Part shown: positions 1 to 8,755 of the stretch, piece by piece | Numbering within the stretch: position 1 is the first letter of the stretch | Layout of the letters: every line of letters starts with the position of its first letter | Assembly (NCBI RefSeq): GCF_006345805.1 | Contig: NW_021832479.1 | Coordinates: 1-31,187 of the forward strand | DNA: 31,187 nucleotides | Direction: 5' to 3' | From: Octopus sinensis | Lineage: Eukaryota | The notes under the pieces: generated by a model | What the model saw: the letters and a program-made list of their open reading frames with translations, nothing else | Database searches by the model: none | Told to the model about the DNA's origin: nothing | Translations under genes and position numbers: made by a program

Positions 1-235
1 CGCAAAGCTGTGACACAAGGAGATATTGTTAATCAGTATAGCTGATCATGTATGGGAAAACGGAGACCACCTCCCCCTGTGGGATGAAGTTAAAATAATA
101 GATAGAGAACACCACTGGAAAATATGAAAACTAAAAGAAGCAGCACATATGTTAGGACACAAGAACCTCCTAAGCAGACCGAGTGCAGATATGAGTAGCA
201 TATGGGAACTGGTATTAAGGAAGGATAGGAAAATA
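1..235 (+). mobile_element. Penelope-like element remnant, C-terminal part of GIY-YIG endonuclease (pseudogenised)
   Basis: Frame from nt 38 reads IADHVWENGDHLPLWDEVKIIDREHHWKI*KLKEAAHMLGHKNLLSRPSADMSSIWELVL. This matches the PLE endonuclease tail pattern (IAEHxW..H..W..VKI.D.E..W..RK.KEA). There is an in-frame TGA at 125-127 and a frameshift near nt 35. It is followed by a terminal repeat with a hammerhead core. Confidence 0.8.
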
Positions 236-271
236 TTTATAAGCCCTAAAATTCACTCCATAATTGCCCAT

Positions 272-758
272 GGGCATATGGCTTAGTGGTTAAGAGTGCG
301 AGCTACTAACACCAAGATTCCGAGTTCAATTCAGTAACCTGAATAATATTAATAATAATAATAATAATATCAAAAAATACCTTAGGAACGAGGGCCAAGG
401 TTCAAAATTTCCCCAAGACACCTGATGAAAGCTGGAGGGTATATCAGCCGAAAGTAAGGCGGCAAGTTGCTAGAAATGTTAGCACGCCGGGCGAAATGTG
501 TAGCTGTATTTCGTCTGCCGTTACGTCTGAGTTCAAATTCCGCCGAGGTCGACCTTGCCTTTCATCCTTTCAGGGTCGATAAATTAAGTACCAGTTACGC
601 ACTAGGGTCGATATAATCGACTTAATCCGTTTGTCTGTTCTTGTTTGTCCTCTCTGTGTTTAGCCCCTTGTGGGTAGTAAAGAAATGGGTATATCAGCTG
701 AAACGTTAACAACAAACAAGATGAAGACAAATATCTGTCAAATGAAAACAATGTACAT
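272..758 (+). mobile_element. tRNA-like head + (AAT)n + hammerhead-bearing PLE terminus, copy 1 (interrupted by SINE at 454-686)
   Basis: A box TGGCTTAGTGG 279-289, B box GTTCAATTC 324-332, then (AAT)n, then caagacacCTGATGA...GAAACG. Colinear with 28973-29274. Confidence 0.8.
454..686 (+). mobile_element. SINE family B (gagctggcagaa..ttagca..gagttcaaattcc..ggggtcga), full insertion with 17-bp TSD
   Basis: Flanked by gggtatatcagccgaaa (437-453) and gggtatatcagctgaaa (687-703). The empty site is seen in the paralogous copy at about 29199-29216. Confidence 0.9.
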
Positions 759-760
759 CA

Positions 761-988
761 ACTCTAGTACTTATTTTGTTGATCACTTTTGCCAGGCTGC
801 TAAGTTACAGAGTCATTAACACATCAACACTGGTTGTCAAGTAGTGGTGCTGGCATGTGCACATACACACACACACGCACACACACACATATATATATGA
901 TGGGATTCTTTCAGTTTCTGTCTAAGAAATCTGCTAACAGGGCTTTGGATTAGCTGGGGCTATTGTAGAAGACACTTGTTCAAGTAAC
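761..988 (-). mobile_element. Degenerate SINE family A fragment
   Basis: Diverged match to the reverse complement of the family-A copies (tctttcagtttc..., tagaagacacttg..caag, internal CA/TA tract). Confidence 0.6.
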
Positions 989-1072
989 TGATACTACTAC
1001 TACTACTACTACTGCTGCTGCTGCTGATGATGATGATATTATTATTATTATTATTTATTATTATTATTATTA

Positions 1073-2445
1073 TTTTTTTTTTTTTTTCTTCTTTCAAATT
1101 TTCTTCCATTTCTTGCCGAGTGTCTTCCCGACTCCTAGGGCAAAGAAACTCATAGTGTATATTGGTAGGCCATTAAACCAAACTCAGTAGTTCGTTCATT
1201 TTTTTTTTTTTTTTTTTTTTTAAGTTAAATTAAAATACATGAGCAGCAACAGTTCTCACATCGACAATGCTCTTCTCAATACGTGTGATGTACCAGTTAA
1301 GACAATCTTTTGCACTTCTTGCAGGGATGGTAAGCCAGGGATCATTCTCATATAATTTTCGGTTCCCTTCTTGATCATTCCTAGTGCTCCTACGATCACT
1401 GGTATTGTAACCGCCTTGAGATGCCACATTTTCTCAATTTCATGAGTAGGTCTTTATTTTCTGAGCTTGTCAAACTCTTTCGCTGAGATATTATGATCAC
1501 AGGGGATGCTCATGTCGATCAATAAGCAAACTTTATTGTTTTGGTCTTTCACAACATATCTGGTTTATTGGCCTTGATGGTTTGGTCTGTATGTACTGGA
1601 AAGTCCCACAGAATGGTTACATTTTCTCCTTCAGTTACAGCCTCAGGTGGTGATTATACCACTTGTCGGCAGTTTTGATATTGTAATGCCGACTTATTAG
1701 CCAGTGGAGATATTGGCCAACTCTGTCATGTCTTAATTTATACTCCACTGGTGCTAAGACTTTACATCCAGAGATAGGTGGTCCACTGTTTCAATCATGT
1801 CGTTGCAGAATCGGCATTTTGGGTCTGCTCCATTTTTCATCACATTGGCCTGGTAGTTCCGGGTTAATAGGCTTTGGTCTTGAGCAGCCAGGATGAAACC
1901 TTCGCTCTCTGCTTTTAGCCCTGAGCTCCGCAGCCACTGATGGGTTTGCTTCTGGTCAACATCAGCTTGTTTGCTGCGGGTCACATATTTGCCGTGCAGA
2001 GGTTTCTCCTCCACCTATCAGCCAATTGCTCGTGCGCTTTTTTCATTGCCATCATTTTCACCTTCTTTGCAACAATAGTTGCCGTACTTCCCGGGTTGTT
2101 CAGTTTGGGTATCCTGCACGAGATCAATAGCAAATTTTTTGCTTTCCTTGATGATAGAATGAAGCTTCTTTCGTCTCTCGTGATTTTCCACGCTTTAGCA
2201 TCCAGTCATTCGATATTTCGAGATATTTGGCCAGTCCAATTGTGGTTGTTTTGTAAGCTAGTTCAAATTGGATCAGGCCTCGACCTCCTTGGGTCTGGAG
2301 GTAAAGGCGATCTACGTCTGCCTTTTGGTGGTGCATCCTATTACAACTCAGCAGCTTGCGTATTTTTCTATCTATATTCTTTACTTCACTCATATTCCAG
2401 TTCAACACATTGTAGCTATAAGTAACAACTGGAACTGCAAAGGAA

Positions 2446-2450
<5 letters not shown>
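1073..2450 (-). mobile_element. 5'-truncated R4/Dong-clade non-LTR retrotransposon (RT C-terminus, CCHC knuckle, restriction-like endonuclease), pseudogenised
   Basis: Minus-strand translation across frameshifts gives INSFAVPVVTYSYNVLNW...HGKY..QADVDQKQTHQWLRSSGLKAESEGFILAAQDQ..YQANVMKNGADPKCRFCNDMIETVDH..RHDRVGQY.HW..LWDFPVHTDRPIKANKPD.VV..LLIDMSIP..IPVIVGALGMIKK. Poly(A) end near 1073-1087. (TAA)n microsatellite on both sides. Confidence 0.88.
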
Positions 2451-2518
<68 letters not shown>

Positions 2519-2534
2519 CATTATTATTTTGCAG

Positions 2535-2608
2535 GTGCCAAGGAGATTGACATTGCTGCCACCTTAGAACACATCAGAGACCAGAGAATGAAAATGGTTA
2601 GAGTGAAG
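2535..2608 (+). CDS. PTPRN: Penultimate coding exon of IA-2/phogrin-like receptor-type tyrosine-protein phosphatase
   Basis: Acceptor ttttgcAG at 2533-2534 and donor GTcagt at 2609. Phase-1 start, phase-0 end, 74 nt. Translates (G)AKEIDIAATLEHIRDQRMKMVRVK, recognisable as the IA-2/PTPRN2 motif GAKEIDIAATLEHxRDQR. PTPRN versus PTPRN2 cannot be distinguished; the invertebrate gene is probably co-orthologous to both. Confidence 0.95.
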
Positions 2609-2678
2609 GTCAGTAGCTTTCCTTCTTTCTGTTCTTTCTTTCTTTCTTTTCTTTCTTTCTTCCTTCCTTCCTTCCTCT

Positions 2679-2985
2679 GGAGGCGCAATGGCCCAGTGGT
2701 TAGGGCAGCAGACTCGCAGTCAGAGGATCGCTGTTTCTATTCCCAGACCGGGCATTGTGTGTGTTTATTGAGCAAAAACACCTAAAAGCTCTACGAGGCT
2801 CCGGAAGCGGGTGGTGGCAACCCCTGTTGTACTCGTTCGCCACAACTTCATTCTCTCTTTCTGTTTCTTGAGTAACGCTGCGATGGACTGGCGTATCGTC
2901 CAGCTGGGGGGAACACATACGCCAGAAACCGGGAAACTGGGCCCATGAGCCTGGCTAGGTTTGAAAAGGGTGACGTTTATTGTTT
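2679..2985 (+). mobile_element. tRNA-derived SINE family D (Meta/V-like central domain), in last intron
   Basis: A box TGGCCCAGTGG, degenerate B box, central gctgcgatggactggcgtatcgtccagc. Same family as 9871-10182. Head shared with 28633-28910. Confidence 0.8.
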
Positions 2986-3112
2986 ATATATATATATATA
3001 TATATATATCAAAATATAATGTAAAATATTATATATATATAATATTTAATAATATTTTGATAGAAAATAAGTAAAATGTATGGTTACTCACCAATAATGA
3101 ATATTGATTTAA

Positions 3113-3334
3113 CCCTTTTGTTACCAACCTGGCTGAAACCGCCTCTGGTTCTGTAGTACAAATGTTTTGTTTTCATAAGTTTTGAATTAAAATCTTCCAC
3201 CAAACCTTAGTCGCAATTTATGTTCCTTACACTAGCTTAATGATAACTAAGTTATTTTACTAAATTCTTTGTCATATTTAAAATTAATTGAAAGAAACAC
3301 AGAGCATCTCAACAGAAATATGGTAACAAAAAGG
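3113..3334. mobile_element. piggyBac-like MITE, copy 1
   Basis: TTAA at 3109-3112 and 3335-3338. Terminal inverted repeats CCCTTTTGTTACCA / TGGTAACAAAAAGG. 222 bp, non-coding. Confidence 0.8.
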
Positions 3335-3365
3335 TTAAAATATATAATAGAGAAACAATTCTTAA

Positions 3366-3587
3366 CCATTTTGATACCAACGTGCCTGATACAACCTCTG
3401 GTTCTGTAGTACAAATGTCTTGTTTACATAAGTTCTGAATTAAAGTCTTCCACCAAACCTTAGTCACAATTTATGTTCCTAACACTAGCTTAATGATAAC
3501 TAAGTTATTTTACTAAATTCTTTGTTATATTTAAAATTAATTGAAAGAAACACAGAGCATCTCAACAGAAATATGGTAACAAAAAGG
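3366..3587. mobile_element. piggyBac-like MITE, copy 2
   Basis: TTAA at 3362-3365 and 3588-3591. Same TIRs and length as copy 1; 3' two-thirds nearly identical. Confidence 0.8.
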
Positions 3588-3638
3588 TTAAGACAATGAT
3601 GGAAATAATGAGAGTAATGACTGCACAACAAAGAAGAT

Positions 3639-3882
3639 TTAAAGTTTTTCAGGTGTCACCTCTTCTTCAGGTGTTTTAGGGGATGTCGTATCTTCCTGCA
3701 AATCTTTCTTGGTGGACTTGAAGAACACTGTGATAGGAAATTGCTGTCATTGTTTTTTCATGGTGTTGAGGAGAGTTTTATACATCTGCATGGCGGCATC
3801 GATGGCATTTTTAAATTGGAGAGACCGAACCATATGGGGATCCCATGCTTCCGTCTTCCCTTGCAATTCCTTGGTTGTCCTT
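3639..3882 (-). mobile_element. Tigger/pogo-like transposase remnant, C-terminal part
   Basis: Minus strand reads RTTKELQGKTEAWDPHMVRSLQFKNAIDAAMQMYKTLLNTMKKQ*QQFPITVFF..., the typical pogo/Tigger tail. Joins in frame to 4532 once the CR1 is removed. Confidence 0.65.
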
Positions 3883-4531
3883 GTTGTCCTTTTCGCCTTC
3901 GGCCCAGTGCGTCCATGCTGCCAACAAAGCACGTGGAGTTCTGTTTTTGATTCGACGGTCATTCGGAATGCTCACAGCAGCCATATTCCTACCGCTCTAT
4001 GTCACACTAGTGAGACCCATATTGGAGTACGGGATTCAAGCCTCTTCTCCTTATCTCCTCAAAGACATACAGCATCTCGAAAGAGTTCAGAAGCTGGCTA
4101 CTCGCATGGTTCTTGGTCTCAAGAATTTGTCTTATGAAGAAAGGCTGAAGACGCTTGACCTTTATTCTCTCGAAAAACAACTACGCCGTGGTGATCTCAT
4201 TCTTGCTCACAACATCATAAGCGGAAAGTGTAACCTCTTGAAAGAGCTGTTCTTCATTCCTGCTTCAGAGCGTCGGCTGCGGGGTCACTCCAAAAAGCTC
4301 TATCTGCAACGATTTCATCTCAATCGAAGGAGAGGGGCTTTCTCCATCCGGGTTGCGGATCCATGGAATAAGCTGCCGGACAAGATAGTGAAGATGCCGA
4401 CGACCGCTTGGTTCAAAGTCTCTCTTGACCAGAAATGTCCTGAACTTTTTGCATAACTCCATGTCCCCCTACATGGCCTTGCTTTTTGTTTTTTGAGCCA
4501 AAAAATTAAATTAACTAACTTAACTTAACTT
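3883..4531 (+). mobile_element. 5'-truncated CR1-type LINE (RT C-terminal region + 3' tail)
   Basis: ORF 3845-4456 contains ANKARGVL..IRRSF..LYVTLVRPILEYG...LERVQKLATRMV.GLKNLSYEERLKTLDLYSLE..RRGDLI...LRGHSKKL...FSIRVADPWNKLP. Ends in a (TAACT)n tail at 4511-4531. Confidence 0.9.
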
Positions 4532-4855
4532 AAAAGGTCAGACAGACGTTCAGTTGTCAGGCCCACCTCATCCTCCTCTTTCTCCAGATCTGGTGCTTCC
4601 ACCTCCTCTTCTCTGGCAGACTTAATTAACTCCAACAAATCTTCGTCGGTCAGAGTGGGCATTGATGATGTTGTTGACCTCATCTTGCATGATGTTGTCA
4701 AAACCATTTGCCTCCAAGTACCTTTGCCAGTTTCCCTGCATTGTTGAGGGCCTCATGCTGAACATCTTCAGGTGGGAAGTCCTCATCCTGGACACTCTCT
4801 GGCCACACCTTCTTCCAGCATGCAATAAGGGTTTCTTTTTCATTTGTTCCCTTTT
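4532..4855 (-). mobile_element. Tigger/pogo-like transposase remnant, upstream part
   Basis: Across frameshifts: ETLIACWKKVWPESVQD..EALNNAGKLAKVLG..GFDNI.QDEVNNIINAH..LTDEDLLELIKS..GLTTERLSDLL. Confidence 0.65.
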
Positions 4856-5145
4856 ATGTGCCTCAGGCATGGGAGCCAGTCAGGAAACACTGGCATCGAC
4901 CACGTTCAGCTTAAGGGCTCCACCAGAACAGGGTCCCATCAGGGGGCACTAGCCACAGCTGTGATTTTGGTTATACTTGACATATCAAGGGTACTCTTAA
5001 ATGGGCTGGACATGCAACACTGGCATTGGCCATGGCTGCGATCTCACTTTAGTTTCTGAATATTCTCAATCACAACCTGGAGGACTATAATGAATAAGAG
5101 GGGGCTGAGAACTGTACCTTGGTGAACCCCTACTTCTATGCTGGG
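4856..5145 (-). mobile_element. Internally deleted RTE-like LINE fragment
   Basis: About 5055-5140 on the minus strand reads VGVHQGTVLSPLLFIIVLQ (RT motif GVxQGxxLSPLLF). The remainder looks like a non-coding 3' part. Confidence 0.5.
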
Positions 5146-5219
5146 GGGGATATACATTCCTTATATATATATATACACACACACACACACATGCACACAT
5201 ATATATATGTCTATGTGTA

Positions 5220-5249
<30 letters not shown>

Positions 5250-5271
<22 letters not shown>

Positions 5272-5631
5272 AAATTAAGGATAAAATCTTTATAAGAAAT
5301 TATCAGTAGTTAGCGTGAAAAACCTCGTAAGAGAAAAAATCTGTAAATTTTTCCACTTTGAAAATATTTATTTATATTATATAGAGGGTACTATTATTCA
5401 TAGGTACCGACATGTATGCTATATTGTGTTTTTTCCTTACATGTCTTGAGTTCGTTGCACTGAAGAGCATAGAATGCATATTCTGCATTGATTGCGAAAT
5501 CACAGGTGATATGTAACTAAATTCTGTTTTTAAATGACTTGCTTTGAAGTTTTGCATTCGGTAAAATTTGTTTATTTTAGTAGTTTTGACTAGCGTGTCG
5601 GTACCTATGAATAGTACCTCTATATAATATA
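5250..5631 (+). mobile_element. PLE-type terminal remnant embedded in (TA)n, with inverted repeats 5373-5412 / 5596-5631
   Basis: (TA)n on both sides, an internal hammerhead, and a ~36-40 nt inverted repeat (tatattatatagagg..tactat..tcataggtaccgaca) differing only by two small indels. Confidence 0.65.
5454..5517 (+). ncRNA. Type I hammerhead ribozyme, canonical core, predicted cleavage AUA after 5511
   Basis: Stem I GUUGCA/UGUAAC. Core CUGAAGA 5460-5466. Stem II GCA...UGC with G10.1-C11.1. GAAA 5496-5499. Stem III AUCAC-AG-GUGAU. NUH = AUA. Confidence 0.85.
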
Positions 5632-5699
5632 CATATATATATATGTATCTATGTATGTAAATATATATATACATGTATATGTATGGAAAAGTGGGTGTT

Positions 5700-5958
5700 A
5701 AATCTATGATGCTGATGATGGTGGTGATGATGACAACGAGAGTAATGATGACATTGATGGAGATGGTGCTAACGATGATGACAATGATAACGACTGATAA
5801 TGATGACGATGATGATGGAAATGATGATAGTGTTGATGATGATGACAATGATGGTGATGATGAGGATGATAATGTGGATGACAGCAACTATGGTGACAAT
5901 GTTCATGATGTTGGTGGTGATGATGATATGGATGATGTTGAGAATATTGATGATGATA
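5700..5958. repeat. Degenerate (GAT)n/(GGT) trinucleotide microsatellite
   Basis: Direct reading. It produces the spurious poly-Asp and poly-Ser ORFs. Confidence 0.95.
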
Positions 5959-5999
5959 TATAATTAATTACCGTTGTTTTTTTTTATTTCTTGTTGCAG

Positions 6000-6071
6000 G
6001 AACAGTTCCAGTATTCACTCGCATTGGTTGCCGAGGAAGTCCACGCAATCTTGAAAGCTTTGCCTCAGTGA
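6000..6071 (+). CDS. PTPRN: Terminal coding exon of IA-2/phogrin-like PTP
   Basis: Pyrimidine tract + gcAG acceptor at 5998-5999. Phase 0, matching the donor at 2609. Translates EQFQYSLALVAEEVHAILKALPQ* (TGA 6069-6071), matching the hallmark IA-2-family C-terminus ..AVAEEVxAILKALPQ. Confidence 0.95.
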   Translation, partial: EQFQYSLALVAEEVHAILKALPQ

Positions 6072-6139
6072 AGACCTGTTTATCCACGACCCACTGACCC
6101 CTCTGCCAACCCCTGCTGACCACCACTCACAACCCCATC

Positions 6140-6147
6140 CACTCACT

Positions 6148-6178
<31 letters not shown>

Positions 6179-6906
6179 ACTCACAAACACACGTGCATGC
6201 CGGCATTAGCATTGTCGCCACTTACTAACACAGTCACCACTCGGCACTAGCACCTATACCACAACTCTACTAACAACAATGTCAACACTGACAAAACTAC
6301 TACAACCACCACCATGACTGCTACAACCACAACTTTCAGTTACTACTACAAACACACCACCACTAGTACCACCACCACGACTACCACTACTACTACTACT
6401 AATACTACCACTACTACTACTACTTCCATCACTTGTAAAAAAGAGTAAAAACAGAGATGAAACAGTAAGTGGTGGCAATGGTGATGGTGGTAGTGTTAGT
6501 GGAAGTTTCTTTACAAACTAAGCACAGATATTACGCCTAATATTTACACACATATATATATATATATGTATATTATATATATATATGTGTGTAAATATAT
6601 ATATATATATATATAATATATATATACATACATTCATACATACATACATACATTCATACATGCATACATGTGTGTACCTATATATATGTGTGTGTGTATT
6701 TATGTATATATATTTGTTTATATGTGTGTGTGTATATATATATATTTGTATTTGTGCATATATATATATATAAGTATATATGTATGTGTGTATATATATA
6801 TATAGAGATACGTGTATTTGTGCATATGTATATATGTATTTATATATATGTATATATATGTATGTATGTATGTATGTATATAGTTATTTGTATATGTATA
6901 TATCTG

Positions 6907-6957
<51 letters not shown>

Positions 6958-6960
6958 TTA
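6140..6960. repeat. Compound microsatellite block (CA)n, (ACT/ACC)n, (TA)n/(TG)n/(TACA)n
   Basis: Direct reading. Confidence 0.95.
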
Positions 6961-7045
6961 GAAACAAAGATTTTATTCAAAAATTGCAGAATATGAAGTA
7001 GTGGTTGTGTATGTACATGAGTATGTATAAGTGTCAATGTATGTG

Positions 7046-7083
<38 letters not shown>

Positions 7084-7602
7084 TGGTGGTAGGCAGAGGG
7101 GCAGGGGACCAGAAAGAGTTCTGATCTGTTTTTGTTTTGTTTTCGTTATTTTTTTTGTTTTCATTTTTGTTATTTTATTTCGTTTTTTTTTTTTCGTTTT
7201 TTTTCTCTCAATTTTTTTTGTCTCTTCTGTAGTACTTGACTTTTATTATCTCCACTTCCCCCCTCTCCCACCCCACCCCCGGCTTTCATCACCTTTCACC
7301 TCTGATCTCCAGTTACATTCTTCTTCTTCGGGCACAGGGAAAAGCGGGGGGTGGGGGTTTGAGTGGGCCTGGGGTGGGAGGGTGTTGGTTAATAATGATT
7401 TTTGAAGAAATAGTCACCAAATTATGAAAAAAAAAAAAAATAACCCCAAAAGTAAGGAAGAAGCATAAAAGACTCCCCAAAAAACAAAAACAAAAAAAAA
7501 ACAAACATCATTTAAAATGAAGAATGAAAGACACTTCAGCCCAGAAGAACAATAACAACAACAAAGAGGAAGAAAAAGAAGGAAAATTACTTGTTTGTTG
7601 TC

Positions 7603-7635
<33 letters not shown>

Positions 7636-7660
7636 CATTATTATTGTTATTATTATTATT

Positions 7661-7875
7661 GCAGTGAGCTGACAGAATCGTTAGCTTGCTAGGCAAAATG
7701 CTTAGCGGTATTTTGTCGGATTTTCCATTCTGAGTTCAAATCCTGCTGAAGTCCACTTTGCCTTTCATCCTTTCAATGTTGAAAAAATAAGTACCAGTTG
7801 TGCACTGGTGTCGATGTAATTGACTAACCCCTCACTCCCGTAAAATTCCAGGCTTTGCACATAATGTAGAAAGGA
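7661..7875 (+). mobile_element. SINE family B in (ATT)n
   Basis: gcagtgagctgacagaatcgttagc...gagttcaaatcc...gtagaaaggattat, with (ATT)n on both sides. Confidence 0.85.
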
Positions 7876-7880
7876 TTATG

Positions 7881-7927
<47 letters not shown>

Positions 7928-8239
7928 CATTATTATTCTAAATTTTAATTTTTAAAATTACACCATGGAAAAACAAGCAAGACTGAAGTTGGGCAAAAAG
8001 AGATATTTTATTTTTAAAAATCATATTAAATATTGATAATGATTATAATAATATGATGATGATAATAATAATAATAGTAATAGTAATAATAAGAAGGATA
8101 GTATTATTGATAATAATAATAAGGATAATGTTTAGGTGAAAGAAATTGAATTGAAAAATGTTAAAAATATTTCTTAAATATCCGGTAGATTTCTTAATTT
8201 AATTATGACTAAAATATTGCTATTATTACTACTGTATAT

Positions 8240-8286
<47 letters not shown>

Positions 8287-8311
8287 TTTTTATTATTATT
8301 ATTTTTATTTT

Positions 8312-8518
8312 AAGGTGGTGTGCTGGCAGAATTGTTAGTATACCAGGCGAAATGCTTAGTTGTATTTTGTCTGTCTGCACATTCTGAGTACAAATTCCAC
8401 CGAGGTTGACTTTGCCTCTCCTTAAGTACCAGTGAAACACTGGGGTCGATGTGATCAACTAGTCCCCCCCCCCACCTCATCCCAAATTTCAAGCCTTGTG
8501 CCTATTATAGTAGAAAGC
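8312..8518 (+). mobile_element. SINE family B
   Basis: Homologous to 454-686 and 7661-7875. Confidence 0.85.
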
Positions 8519-8534
8519 GTTATCATTATTACCG

Positions 8535-8755
8535 AGGTGGCCATCTGGCAGAATGGCTAGCATGTCAGACAAAATGTCCAGCGGTATTTCTTCTGTCTCT
8601 TTACATTCTGAGTTCAAATCCCACCGTGTTTAACTTTGCCTTTCATTCTCTTTTTGGGGGGTAAAATAAGTTCCACTGGAAAACTGGGGTCGATATAATC
8701 GATTGTCCCTCCTTACGCAAAAAATTTCAAGTCTTATGCCTATAGTAGAAAGGAT
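8535..8755 (+). mobile_element. SINE family B
   Basis: Homologous to 8312-8518 and immediately tandem to it; ends gtagaaaggattatt. Confidence 0.85.

Noticed and set aside
1-2534. Search for the preceding IA-2 exon (HCSxGxGRT motif)
   Set aside because: Not found in any frame by eye. It presumably lies upstream of the window, so the catalytic-site sequence cannot be assessed.
3641-3675. Minus-strand CTGAAGA...GAAA resembling a hammerhead
   Set aside because: It lies in the Tigger coding tail (TPEEEVTPEKL*). There is no stem III, NUH site or stem I partner, so it is coincidental.
5372-7037. Numerous ORFs rich in poly-Ser, poly-Asp, YI/CV/HT repeats (also 1940-2567, 9000-9854, 25098-25721, 27231-27794, 30316-30669)
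   Set aside because: They are translations of microsatellites or antisense frames of TEs, with no splice or homology support.
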